Virus record (IMG/VR): IMGVR_UViG_3300037155_000015
Span: 1 to 56,836 of that record
Length of the DNA stretch: 56,836 bases
Source of the DNA: a virus
Taxonomy: Duplodnaviria > Caudoviricetes
Reading direction: 5' to 3' (one strand)
Made by a program: the position numbers and the translations under genes. Numbering within the stretch: position 1 is the first letter of the stretch; each line of letters starts with the position of its first letter. This document shows, piece by piece, positions 25,769 through 35,350 of this stretch. The notes under the pieces were generated by a model, which did no database searches, was not told the DNA's origin, and saw only the letters and a program-made list of their open reading frames with translations.

Positions 25769-27766
25769 TTAGATATCGAACATATAAAGTGGTTGATCCT
25801 TATGTTGTAATTTTTCCAGTCGAACTACCGGAACCCCGCCCACCAGCCGGATGGAGACTACCCGCCGCTCCAGTCGATAGCCCCATATCGAGGTGTAACC
25901 GAAGTCCACAGTGACCGGTGCGGCATCAAGTCGGGTCAGGGTGAAGGTATGAACAGTGAGTCCGGTTATGCCATCCACGTACGATCCAAGTCCCGAGGCC
26001 GCATAGACACTACCGGCATTGATTCCTGCCATGATCCCCGCAATGACGGTCAAGGCTGGCTCTGGGGTGCCACTCCCGCCCACGGCATAGATCAGAACAT
26101 CGTCAATAAAGAACGTATCTCCAACGGTGAGACCGGCCCGGTCATCAACGAAACTGCGGCCGCCGAAATTGGCGCACCTGACCCGACAAGAAGCCCCTGC
26201 GTATGTGTCCGTGTCGAACGTGATGGCTGTGTAGGGCGCATCCAGAGGAAGCATCACCGAATAGTTGTCACCGATACCCGAACCACATACCCGCATATCC
26301 CCGATCCCGGCGTCGTTGCGTGTCCCCGTCTGCGCATCGCTGATCTTGAGACCCGCCGCGTCCACCCCGCTCCAAGTGTAGCAGTCGAAGCCTCCTGGAG
26401 GAGTCCCGAGCCAGAGGAGCACCGCCTGACTGAACACATTGGCATCGGTCCCGCCGTTGTAGAAGTCCTGCGAGAGAGACACCCCGGCGAGAAGCGGGTA
26501 TTCCGTGCCGTCCGTATCAATCAGAACAAAGCCCTGTTGTGCGACAAACCGGGTGAGGATGGGAAGATTGCTGCCCGAGAATGTCCCCGAGGCATTGATG
26601 CAGCCATTCGCGTTCACCCGATTATTTGACGTCCCGCCGCCGATAGTTGCTATGAAGCCTTGCAGGGTGGTGTCGATTGCCGAGGGCGTCAGGTTGTAGG
26701 TAGTCACAAGAGAAAGGTCGGTTTTCAGACGCTTCTCTACCGACAAGGCCGTACCAGCGAAAAGATAGGTGTCGCTCCCCGCCGGGTCATATACAGCATC
26801 TACAAAACCCATGTGATGATCCACGGCGCTGTCCACGGTCTGCTTCACCACATAATAATATGCCGACTTCTCGGAGGTGAAGATGTCCGTCATATTATCG
26901 ACACGGCGGGAGCCGGCAGTGGGCCCCCCCTTCGGAGAAGTAGGTGGGTCGAGTCGAGAACCGTTTGCCAGAGCGGGGAGGCTCAAAGGCACCGCATACA
27001 GCACCCCGGTGTCCTCGATCATTTCGTACAGCGCCCCGGAGTGCGTCGTCTCATCATGGAAATAGACGATGACCTTCTCCACCCCATCAGCGACGATCAG
27101 CCGCCGGTAGAAAATCCCGAATTGGAGTAGCTTAGAGATCGCCCGTTCCGAGACAACGTGCACAATAGGTGCATTGGCGTCGAACTCATTAATAACAGTC
27201 CCGGCAGCATTGACGAGAGCCATCTTGGTATAGATGGGCAGGTCATTGACATTGAGATAACCTTCCAGGTTATAGAGGGTAAAGACCATCTGGTTATCGG
27301 TATCGAGGTTCGGTTGCATCATTAACCCCTGCCAAAGCAATGCCTCGCTGTGCGTCGAAGTGATCGGAGTCAGGAACATGACTGATTGATATGGAGAGGA
27401 GTTCCCGGAAACGAAGGTATTGAGTCGATCGTAAAGCGGGACCATCAACTCGTCAGGGTAGACCGGAAAGAACAGCGGCATAGCAGGGAGAAGTTTTACA
27501 AATACCGGCCACGCTTTTGGCACCGTATCGAGAAATAGGGCGTAGAACGTGGTAGTCGCAGGGTTGCCAACGAAAATGGCATATTCAGAGACGAGCATGA
27601 TAACCATGGCTGAATCGTTCTCCCCCACGGTAATGATGATGAGGGCATTGTCAACCATCGTCGTTTTCCGTCCCTTGAAGCCGAGGGCCTTCAACCTCTT
27701 GTAGAGGTCGAGAGCTTCTCCCTCATAATTCTCGGCGCCATCCCCTGTCAGATACGTTTTGACCAT
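25769..27766 (-). CDS. Virion structural protein
   Basis: 665-aa ORF in the tail operon, coupled to its neighbour. Confidence 0.6.
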   Translation of the reverse strand: MVKTYLTGDGAENYEGEALDLYKRLKALGFKGRKTTMVDNALIIITVGENDSAMVIMLVSEYAIFVGNPATTTFYALFLDTVPKAWPVFVKLLPAMPLFFPVYPDELMVPLYDRLNTFVSGNSSPYQSVMFLTPITSTHSEALLWQGLMMQPNLDTDNQMVFTLYNLEGYLNVNDLPIYTKMALVNAAGTVINEFDANAPIVHVVSERAISKLLQFGIFYRRLIVADGVEKVIVYFHDETTHSGALYEMIEDTGVLYAVPLSLPALANGSRLDPPTSPKGGPTAGSRRVDNMTDIFTSEKSAYYYVVKQTVDSAVDHHMGFVDAVYDPAGSDTYLFAGTALSVEKRLKTDLSLVTTYNLTPSAIDTTLQGFIATIGGGTSNNRVNANGCINASGTFSGSNLPILTRFVAQQGFVLIDTDGTEYPLLAGVSLSQDFYNGGTDANVFSQAVLLWLGTPPGGFDCYTWSGVDAAGLKISDAQTGTRNDAGIGDMRVCGSGIGDNYSVMLPLDAPYTAITFDTDTYAGASCRVRCANFGGRSFVDDRAGLTVGDTFFIDDVLIYAVGGSGTPEPALTVIAGIMAGINAGSVYAASGLGSYVDGITGLTVHTFTLTRLDAAPVTVDFGYTSIWGYRLERRVVSIRLVGGVPVVRLEKLQHKDQPLYMFDI

Positions 27767-28557
27767 CAGACGTTGAAGATCTTATCTGTGACCGTAAACT
27801 GCGCGCCGGCGGCAAACGTCGTTGATGAGATGTTCATGTCCGCGCCGGAAGTAGCCACGGTTCCCTGAATCCGTCTCAGGACTATGGACTGGCTGCCGTC
27901 ATCAATGTCGGACTCCCAGCGGAAATACCGGGCTGTTCCTGTGGCAATGTTGGTGCCGGACCAGACTTGTCCGATGGGAGCTTGAAGCTGACCGGCAGCA
28001 ACGGGACCGATGAAGGAAAGTGCGTTAATCGCCGTTACCCCCCCGGCAAAGTTGGCGTTTGTGACAGCTGCGGAACCGGTCAAGGCTGCGGTTACTACCA
28101 GACCATTGCTGCCCGCTCCGAGTCCCACGGGCACGTAGATATTCACCTTGGAAGAGTTGCCGCCATCGACCAGAGCGGTAAAACCGAGACTGGCGATGTT
28201 CGCATAGATTGCCGCGATAATTGCAGCTGCCGAGAGCGCTGTGTTTGCTCCGCAGAGCACCGGGGCGCAGAGTGGAATCCCGCCGGCCTTTGGCTGGATA
28301 GAGTCTGCTCCGGAGGTCCCGGCCGTGACGATGATACTTCCGATCGCCCTGACTTCCCCTGTGACCGCCCCCCCGTTCTGGCTGATAATGCAGAGGACCG
28401 TGCCGTTAAGAGCATGGTCTGCTGCCGCCACACCCCCAGAGTCGACCGGCATGATACCGTCAATCAGTTTCAGCCTGCCATTAGCGAAGGCCATCGCCTC
28501 GCTGCCGAGTAACGCAAGAAAATTCAACATGCCCGACGAATAGTTAATCATTACCAT
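27766..28557 (-). CDS. Tail structural protein
   Basis: WSGTNIATGTARYFR...RIQGTVATSGADMNISST phage tail motif. Confidence 0.65.
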   Translation of the reverse strand: MVMINYSSGMLNFLALLGSEAMAFANGRLKLIDGIMPVDSGGVAAADHALNGTVLCIISQNGGAVTGEVRAIGSIIVTAGTSGADSIQPKAGGIPLCAPVLCGANTALSAAAIIAAIYANIASLGFTALVDGGNSSKVNIYVPVGLGAGSNGLVVTAALTGSAAVTNANFAGGVTAINALSFIGPVAAGQLQAPIGQVWSGTNIATGTARYFRWESDIDDGSQSIVLRRIQGTVATSGADMNISSTTFAAGAQFTVTDKIFNV

Positions 28558-28563
28558 CTCCTT

Positions 28564-29562
28564 TTAAACGCTTTGGGAATCAACATCTATCTGCTTCGCT
28601 ACGTAGGCGTTGTAGGCTTTATCGGTGTTTCTGATCACCATCAAGAGTTGCACGAAGCCATTCTGTTCTCTCAGGACCAGGGTGCCTTCGGTTCCCATCA
28701 GGTAAGAGAATTCACCCTGAGAGAGATTCAGAAAGTTCCCCGAGTTGTCGCCCATGCAGATCCCGCGCTCTGACACCCAAACCACGACATTCCCTTGGAG
28801 GGTGTTGGGCCCAAATAACTCCCCCTTGGTGACAACGTGCATGTAGGGAATAGCTGGGTAGGCAGCAATCAAACGCTCGTCAAATTCATCGATTCCACTG
28901 CCCACCAACGCGACCGTCAATTTCGTGGTGCCGACGTACAGGACATTATCCAGGGAGGCAAGGAAGGTCGGTCGGCCAGGGTAATGTAAATAGTTCTCAC
29001 GGGAATCAACCGCCATGTCGTAGCCGTCCGTGTAGTACAGCCAGGACTCCCCATCTTCGAAGGTCAGGACATAGGTCTTGCCGTTGTAGTATTCGACAAA
29101 CTTACCCGGAGGAAGGGCTTCCTTGAACGAGGGGACCACTACGCCGTCAATCTCAACCGTATCGTTTGGGGGATCGAAGAACCGGGCGACACCCGCCTTA
29201 ATGATGCCAATATCGACTTCATTGGAGAACATGAGTCCCACGGCGTTGTCGTCGTAGTCCATTTTATTGTTCGAGGAGAGCGTGAGAATCGGCGAGACGA
29301 TTAGTTTTTTTGAATCGAACGAGTACAGGACACCCTGATCGACAAAGACGTGAATCTCTCCGTTAGCAAATTCGGAATGAGGCGCTACCCCTGTCCAGAC
29401 TTTCGTGCGGCCGGCACGTCTCCGAATGATCCCGACATTATCAGGGTCAGCGTTGACGATCGCCACTGCCATGGTGAAAGTCCCGGTTTCGTCCGGACTC
29501 CCCACGGCAATCGCATCGTGGACATTATCGGCGCCAAAGAATTTGTAAGCTGCAGTCGGCAT
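28564..29562 (-). CDS. Tail tube/nozzle-like (stabilisation) protein
   Basis: FFGADNV...NADPDNVGIIRRRAG N-terminus; follows the adaptor gene. Confidence 0.6.
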   Translation of the reverse strand: MPTAAYKFFGADNVHDAIAVGSPDETGTFTMAVAIVNADPDNVGIIRRRAGRTKVWTGVAPHSEFANGEIHVFVDQGVLYSFDSKKLIVSPILTLSSNNKMDYDDNAVGLMFSNEVDIGIIKAGVARFFDPPNDTVEIDGVVVPSFKEALPPGKFVEYYNGKTYVLTFEDGESWLYYTDGYDMAVDSRENYLHYPGRPTFLASLDNVLYVGTTKLTVALVGSGIDEFDERLIAAYPAIPYMHVVTKGELFGPNTLQGNVVVWVSERGICMGDNSGNFLNLSQGEFSYLMGTEGTLVLREQNGFVQLLMVIRNTDKAYNAYVAKQIDVDSQSV

Positions 29563-30260
29563 TACCTACCCCGGCGCATGTTAGTGAAGTATCCCCGATA
29601 GACGCCCCTCGTGCCTTTTTTCAGTCGGTTCTCGGCCATTTGGATAAATAGAACCTTGTCGTGTTCCCACTTGGCTAGGTGAGTAGCGGCTTTCTGGGGG
29701 TCGATGGTCTCCGGAATATCCTGCTTCGTGTACGCCTCGGAGAGCATGAACGACTTGAGATAGCGGTGATATTGCGGCCTGATCTCTGGGACGGCAGTCA
29801 AATCCTTCTCGGTAAGGTCCACAAGTGGAGACCGTTTCACCGCGAGACTGAGCACAGAATCTGTGTCGTAAACCTTGTTGAGCGATATGTAACCGGTCGT
29901 CTCGTCAATCGCCCAGGAATCGGGAACGCCAATGCTCGTGCGCCATTCGGGATCCCGGTGGGAGAACTCGGTAACACTCCCCGGCGTGAGCGGCAGTCTC
30001 TGTGCTGAATGTCTTACTTCTTCCATCTGCAGGATGCGTGGATCGTACAGGGCTATGCGGGTATTGGCTGGAATCAGGATGGAGCAAATAGCGGTGGTCG
30101 AGGAATCGGTAATCAGTAAGTATTCCTCGCAGAGCTGGTTCACCGCTTTGTTTGCATAATCGGCCCACTCGTCAAGACCCCAGAGGCGGTCGGCGTTTTC
30201 TGCTCCAACTTCATCTCCAGCGGTCTCCTGTGCCCCTTTGATGATCTCTCCGAGTGTCAT
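29562..30260 (-). CDS. Head-tail adaptor protein
   Basis: MTLGEII...LWGLDEWADYANKA...PEIRPQYHRYL...AYTKQD pattern. Confidence 0.7.
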   Translation of the reverse strand: MTLGEIIKGAQETAGDEVGAENADRLWGLDEWADYANKAVNQLCEEYLLITDSSTTAICSILIPANTRIALYDPRILQMEEVRHSAQRLPLTPGSVTEFSHRDPEWRTSIGVPDSWAIDETTGYISLNKVYDTDSVLSLAVKRSPLVDLTEKDLTAVPEIRPQYHRYLKSFMLSEAYTKQDIPETIDPQKAATHLAKWEHDKVLFIQMAENRLKKGTRGVYRGYFTNMRRGR

Positions 30261-30263
30261 GGT

Positions 30264-30647
30264 TTACTCCTTGGCTGCGGTCCAGGCTGCATCCCGTTCC
30301 GCAGACGTTACTTCAAAGCCTACTGCTTCCGACAAGGCATCAGCGCGAGGCAGGCCGGTTGTGGTGAACTTCTCCGGCTTGTTCGCATCGATCATCACCT
30401 TTATGGCAGCCAGGATCTTTGCGGCTCGTTCAGGGTCATTGGCCTTGTCGCCGTCTTTACCGGGCGGCTCTTTCGGCCCGGCCATGCCCTGCAGCATGTT
30501 GTCGGAAATACAGCCGTTGGCGTAGGCTTCCCGGTGCATGTGGTCGGGAAGTGGCCGCCAGTCTTTCCCGATAACCGCCGTGTGGCCGCTGGTCAGCTTC
30601 ACATGGACGTCGGTCCCATCAATTGATCTGAATTTCTTGTCACTCAT
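30264..30647 (-). CDS. Hypothetical head-region protein
   Basis: C-terminal FTTTGLPRADALSEAVGFEVTSAERDAAW motif. Confidence 0.65.
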   Translation of the reverse strand: MSDKKFRSIDGTDVHVKLTSGHTAVIGKDWRPLPDHMHREAYANGCISDNMLQGMAGPKEPPGKDGDKANDPERAAKILAAIKVMIDANKPEKFTTTGLPRADALSEAVGFEVTSAERDAAWTAAKE

Positions 30648-30684
30648 CGTCTCCGCCTTTTGCTCATGGATTTTTTACAGCTGC

Positions 30685-31116
30685 TTACGGTGATTGATAA
30701 AGGATCCAGACGCCGATATTCTTGGTGGCGGCGGCCCGGGTCTTTGTCCAGACGGCCTGGATAAACTGCGTCTGATCATCAAGAACAAACAGGCCGTTGG
30801 TATGGGTCAGGGTGACTGCGTTGCCCGTTTTGTCCTTGCAGGCAACAAGGGGACCGGCAGCAGTGGGACCGCAATTAAAGGCAACTGTCCCGCTGTAATT
30901 GGTGAAGGTTCCGGGTGCGGTCATGCCGCTTACGACAACCGTTTTCTTCGTGAAGATCCCGGTATTAAACGCTGTGGACGTGGCAGAGGTGGCCTGATTG
31001 GTCAGGAGCGACTTGGTGAAGATGTTTGAGGTTGCGGCCCGGGCGGGGGCAGTAAAGGCTACGGCCATGATTGCCGTCATGAGCGCCAAGGTGAGAATAG
31101 AACTGAATCGTTTCAT
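30685..31116 (-). CDS. Signal-peptide-bearing hypothetical protein
   Basis: MKRFSSILTLALMTAIMAVAFTAPARA with an AxA cleavage site; strong RBS. Confidence 0.7.
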   Translation of the reverse strand: MKRFSSILTLALMTAIMAVAFTAPARAATSNIFTKSLLTNQATSATSTAFNTGIFTKKTVVVSGMTAPGTFTNYSGTVAFNCGPTAAGPLVACKDKTGNAVTLTHTNGLFVLDDQTQFIQAVWTKTRAAATKNIGVWILYQSP

Positions 31117-31175
31117 TGGATGTCTCCTTTTCAGGGAAATGGTGAAGGGGCGGTTTGCGCCGCCCCGAGTAGTTA

Positions 31176-31580
31176 TTACCGTTGGGTGAAGTCAGCACAC
31201 TTTGATTCGTGGTAGAAAACGATGACACGAAGCGAGCCCGCTGTGGGCGCAGTGCCGACACCGGTCCAGATCACATCAACAGTGTCGGGAACGATGTACG
31301 GGAAGCATTCCGCGCCGGCTACACCGACGATACTTCCGGCGGCCTGAATGGACGTGGAAGTGACGAGCCGGTTGGTGGAATTGCCATCACCAACGACAAC
31401 GACGTCCGAGGTTCCCGAGTTAAAGGCCGTATCGACGAAGACTCTCACCTTGTCAATGATGGCATCACCTGGAATATCAATTGCCGGCAAGGCAACCCCG
31501 GAACCGGCGGCGATGAAGTCCGCAAAGGTAATAACCTGTTCAGCTATGACGCCACGCTGGCGCCCTGCATTTTTGATCAT
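31176..31580 (-). CDS. Capsid decoration/cement-like protein
   Basis: Beta-sandwich pattern TAFNSGTSDVVVVGD...TGVGTAPTAGSLRV; directly after the capsid gene. Confidence 0.65.
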   Translation of the reverse strand: MIKNAGRQRGVIAEQVITFADFIAAGSGVALPAIDIPGDAIIDKVRVFVDTAFNSGTSDVVVVGDGNSTNRLVTSTSIQAAGSIVGVAGAECFPYIVPDTVDVIWTGVGTAPTAGSLRVIVFYHESKCADFTQR

Positions 31581-31606
31581 GATGGTTCTCCTTCTGGTAA
31601 AAGTTA

Positions 31607-31692
31607 TGGGAGGCGGGAAGGATTTGCACCTTCAACTCAGGGTTACCCCTATACTCTATCCCGGCTATTCGTAGCATTGAGCTACCGCCCCC
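31607..31692 (-). ncRNA. tRNA-like element lacking an anticodon loop
   Basis: Acceptor GGGGCGG/CCGCCTC-CCA; TA-GCTC...GAGT D-stem; TAGGG-GTAA-CCCTG arm; GAAGG-TGCAAAT-CCTTC T-arm. Confidence 0.65.
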
Positions 31693-31700
31693 CTGGTTTC

Positions 31701-32861
31701 TTAATACTGATCCAGCATGTGGTCGACGGCCAGAATGCCGAAATCTTCCGTGCTGTTATCGTAGATGCTGAAAAACTGCGGTTTAGTGAGGCCCAGCATC
31801 TTGTCGATGTTGATACCGGGCTGGCTGTCGTATTGGAAGTTCTTCTCGACCCAATCAGGATTCCCGAGGTCGGCCAGGCCCAGCGCTTGTGCACCACACA
31901 GCAGAGTCCGGGTTCCATTGACCGTGCCGTCGCCCCATTTGATGGCTGCGCCATTCGTGGAGTACACGTAGCGGTGTTCCTGAATGACCAGGCCGTCGAT
32001 CGTAACGGTGGCGCCGGTGAAGAACGGGTTGTTTAAATCCCTGGGGAGCGCCGTAATGACGGCCGCCTTGTAGTCCGGATCGTTCTTGAGCCGTTTCAGG
32101 GTGCCGGGCTTGACGAAGAGAATGTAATATTCTTTTCCGCCGGCCATCAGGGGTTTGAGGTAGTGGTCCTTGGCGTAAGCGCCCATGCTGGTGAGCATTT
32201 CGTAGGTCGGAACATCGGACGCATCGACGGCCGTGGTATCACCGGCAACAAGAGCTTTCTGTGCTGCACTCCAACGACGGTACCTTTTGCTGGAAGGAGC
32301 GGTGACATGGGAGGCGAAGGCCAGTTTCGGCAGGTTGGAGTTAAGCCGGGCGGAACCGTCATTCTTGAAAGCGTAGGAGATCCCGGACATGGTGAGGAAC
32401 GCCATCTGGTCAATCCGGTCCGGGAGCCAGTAGCCCAGTTTATCCATGGCGGTTTCACGGAACTTGACGATGGATTTCTGTTCGGCCAACTTACCTTCGG
32501 AGATGACGCCGTGGTTCATCAAGTCGACCACTACGTCAATCTCGTAGGACTTCATCGACTCTTCCATGCCTTCCCGCCGGGCATCCCCGACACCACCGTC
32601 TTCAACCAGGTCGGCAACAAGGGTCATGATACATCGATCACCACGTTCGGTCTTGGTGAGTTCGGTAATCCGCTGAACGACGTTGTTCTGATCTGTGCCG
32701 CAGAACTTGTTGATGATGAAGGAGTTGTTGCGGGCCGCTTTCCAAAGCAGACGGCTCCAGGTGCTTTTCTCGCTGGCAGACAGCGACGTGAAGTTTCCCA
32801 TCATGATACTGAGGGGAAAGAGAATGATGGTTCTCAAGAACTGCGTCATTTTAGGGTGCAT
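31701..32861 (-). CDS. Major capsid protein (N4-gp56/DUF4043-like)
   Basis: NFTSL...WSRLLWKAARNNSF...RITELTKTERGDR...LVADL..DG..GD...EG.EE; GGAGGAG RBS before the ATG at 32861. Confidence 0.88.
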   Translation of the reverse strand: MHPKMTQFLRTIILFPLSIMMGNFTSLSASEKSTWSRLLWKAARNNSFIINKFCGTDQNNVVQRITELTKTERGDRCIMTLVADLVEDGGVGDARREGMEESMKSYEIDVVVDLMNHGVISEGKLAEQKSIVKFRETAMDKLGYWLPDRIDQMAFLTMSGISYAFKNDGSARLNSNLPKLAFASHVTAPSSKRYRRWSAAQKALVAGDTTAVDASDVPTYEMLTSMGAYAKDHYLKPLMAGGKEYYILFVKPGTLKRLKNDPDYKAAVITALPRDLNNPFFTGATVTIDGLVIQEHRYVYSTNGAAIKWGDGTVNGTRTLLCGAQALGLADLGNPDWVEKNFQYDSQPGINIDKMLGLTKPQFFSIYDNSTEDFGILAVDHMLDQY

Positions 32862-33024
32862 GGTGCTCCTCCGTTTTTCGGGATAGATGTGGTTTAGCTG
32901 CCTGTTTTTCATTCGAGCTTTGACGCCGCTCTTGAGGCTGAAAACCGCATCCAGTTACCGGAGGATCGATGCCGTGCCGTTTAACGCCGGGCGGGGGCGG
33001 GTGGCGGGAGTTACCCTGCCGTGA

Positions 33025-33285
33025 CTATCTGACTGCGTGAATGATGCCGCTACTCCTGAGATTATTCCCTTGGTAAATAATACGCGACGGCTCTTCTGCT
33101 GGTTTCTCCTGCACAATCCCAAGAGGAGTAGATATCATCCCCCGTTCGTTGATCTTTGCGACCTGGAAGACCCAGCCCTTGTAGACGAACCGGTCACCCT
33201 TCTTTGGGTAGGTCACCTTGCCCTGAGCCTCTTTGACCAGCTTTCGGTCGGGCATCTTGAAGAACTTGCGGATTCTCTGGATCAT
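33025..33285 (-). CDS. Hypothetical protein
   Basis: Coupled to the scaffold gene. Confidence 0.55.
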   Translation of the reverse strand: MIQRIRKFFKMPDRKLVKEAQGKVTYPKKGDRFVYKGWVFQVAKINERGMISTPLGIVQEKPAEEPSRIIYQGNNLRSSGIIHAVR

Positions 33286-34253
33286 CGGCTATCACCGCGC
33301 ATTTTATGGAGATCGGAGGTAGGCAGGGCATCGAATTCCTTCTCGCTCATCTGCTCAACCTTGTCGAGCACCTTTGTTTCACTGGACCGGGCGCCCTCCC
33401 CTACCTTGGCAATGTTGGCCGGCTGAGTCCTGGAGGTAAGAGCTGCCTTCTCGCGAGCTTCCTTCTCGGATGCTGCTTTTTTCTCAGCTGCCGTTTTGCC
33501 ATCGTCCGCCGCATCCGCCTTCTTGCTGCCGAATATCGGCCCCAGTTCGTCGGATGCTCGGCGTAATGCTGCTGGCAGTGAGATGGGGTTCTTGGCATCC
33601 GTGGCGTACTTGTCACGCAGAGCAATAAGGGTATTGATTGCCACCGTGTTCGGTTCGGCAACAGTGGAGTCGAAACAGGCATAATCAGCTGCCACCTTGT
33701 CGGCCTCGGCACTGACAGCCGCAACGAGAGTCTGGTGAGCAGTCTGGGCGTGTTCTTCGCCGCGCTCTTTTCTGATTCGTTCGACGGCACGGTCCTCAGC
33801 CACCCTTGACAGTTCGCCTTCGATCTTCTCGTCAACGGCCGCCGCCTCTTCGAAATCTCCGGAAGCGATGAGCCCGGCCCGCTCGATCCGCAGCGCCTTG
33901 AGGTCGATCTTGTTCTTGTCGGCTTCGACGGCTGCTGCATCAGTTTCAACTTTCTTGCCATCCGCAAGCGCTGCCAGCTCAGCTTTCAACCGGTTACGGT
34001 CTTCCTCGATCTCCTTCTTGGCAGCGTTGACTTCGGCAAAGCGATCATAGGGGATATGCGCCGGAGTCTTCTCGGCTGTCTCGCGCTCCTCTTCGGCCAG
34101 GAGTTCCGCCAGGGCGTCCTTGTCAACTTCCTCCTCGGCATGGGTTTCTTCCGCTGGGCCGAAATCACCGCGGGCTTTCTTGTCGGCCTCCTCCTCGGTT
34201 TCACGGGCGATACGATCTTGTTCTTCCTGTGCTGCAATCTCTTCCGGGGTCAT
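33282..34253 (-). CDS. Scaffolding protein
   Basis: Acidic and helical; IPYDRFAEVN and C-terminal MSEKEFDAL...KMRGD; lies between portal and capsid. Confidence 0.8.
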   Translation of the reverse strand: MTPEEIAAQEEQDRIARETEEEADKKARGDFGPAEETHAEEEVDKDALAELLAEEERETAEKTPAHIPYDRFAEVNAAKKEIEEDRNRLKAELAALADGKKVETDAAAVEADKNKIDLKALRIERAGLIASGDFEEAAAVDEKIEGELSRVAEDRAVERIRKERGEEHAQTAHQTLVAAVSAEADKVAADYACFDSTVAEPNTVAINTLIALRDKYATDAKNPISLPAALRRASDELGPIFGSKKADAADDGKTAAEKKAASEKEAREKAALTSRTQPANIAKVGEGARSSETKVLDKVEQMSEKEFDALPTSDLHKMRGDSR

Positions 34254-34323
34254 GTTCGATCCTTTTCCTGCAAAGATACGCTGGCTTAACGGCCACGACT
34301 CGGCCCTGACCGGGCAAGGTTTA

Positions 34324-34566
34324 TTACTTGTCGTCTGCGTCCGGCTCCATCGGGTCCATGACGGCTTTCATGGCGTCCATCTTCTTCTTGCCATGGGCCA
34401 GGACAGCGGTATGGAGCTTCTTGTTGCCTTTGATATGGTGAGCATCAGTCAAGGTCTGGAGGTGTCGGTTCATGTCGTACTCGTCCATTTTCGCCGGATC
34501 GGCGGTCTTGAGACTGTTCTGCTTGGCATTCATGTTGGGCCTCCCTGCTGTAATCGCGTTGCTCAT
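34324..34566 (-). CDS. Hypothetical protein
   Basis: ORF with RBS in the head module. Confidence 0.55.
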   Translation of the reverse strand: MSNAITAGRPNMNAKQNSLKTADPAKMDEYDMNRHLQTLTDAHHIKGNKKLHTAVLAHGKKKMDAMKAVMDPMEPDADDK

Positions 34567-34782
34567 ATTCGACTCCTGAAATAGAAAAAGCCCGGTACCA
34601 TCAGCGTTGTGCTGTGATACCGGGCAATCAGTGGACCTGTGAAGGGTTGATCCTTACCGGCAGCTATTTGTTTGTGGTTGCGGGCGCGCTACTCACATTT
34701 CACGCGCCCTGGTTGATATGGAAGGGCGGTTCGCGCCCCTATGACGCGCTGCCTCTGTGGGGTTGCTGCTCCCCCTTTGAAT

Positions 34783-34977
34783 TCAAAGGTCCATCTCCAC
34801 ATTTCGGCAATCGCCTTGGCACCAATTCAAAGCTAGCTGCCCCGTAAAATCTAGCGGGATTATGCCACATTCTTTGAAAACGTCAATGATTCTTTTTCGA
34901 CACTCTTTAGAGGGCTGAATGGTGACTCGGCGGCGCTCTCTGATTACCTTGTGGTTGTCGCTCACTCTGCGCTCCAT
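34783..34977 (-). CDS. Hypothetical protein
   Basis: TAATG coupling with the upstream gene. Confidence 0.5.
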   Translation of the reverse strand: MERRVSDNHKVIRERRRVTIQPSKECRKRIIDVFKECGIIPLDFTGQLALNWCQGDCRNVEMDL

Positions 34978-35195
34978 TATTCGAAATTCTCATCCACTGC
35001 GGTCAGCAATTCATGGCGAAGGAGATCCACCATCCCAAGCGTCTCGATTGCGTTCTCTTGGTTCGATAACCGTATCCAGTAGCCGCCATTCTGTTTCTTG
35101 CCGACCAAAACAATTGCTGTTAAACCCATGTCAGCGGCTTCACATAGGACGTTCTGAATGGAATCACGCTTGAAAAGCTGATGGACGTTGCTCAT
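34977..35195 (-). CDS. Hypothetical protein
   Basis: AAGGA RBS. Confidence 0.55.
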   Translation of the reverse strand: MSNVHQLFKRDSIQNVLCEAADMGLTAIVLVGKKQNGGYWIRLSNQENAIETLGMVDLLRHELLTAVDENFE

Positions 35196-35350
35196 ATGTT
35201 TCCTTTCTTGAGTCCTTGCTTCATCCTGCGCCGCGCGATCTTGAACAACTCCGCCTGATAGATTTGAGCCTGGGTCTTTGCTGGAACTGCGTCGTCTTGC
35301 CAGTTCTGGAAGTCGTCAAATTGATCTTTCTTTTCGGCTTCATTCTGCAT

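Noticed and set aside
31607-31692. Functional decoding tRNA
   Set aside because: The anticodon loop is only 4 nt and the T-loop is TGCAAAT, so it is reported as tRNA-like only.
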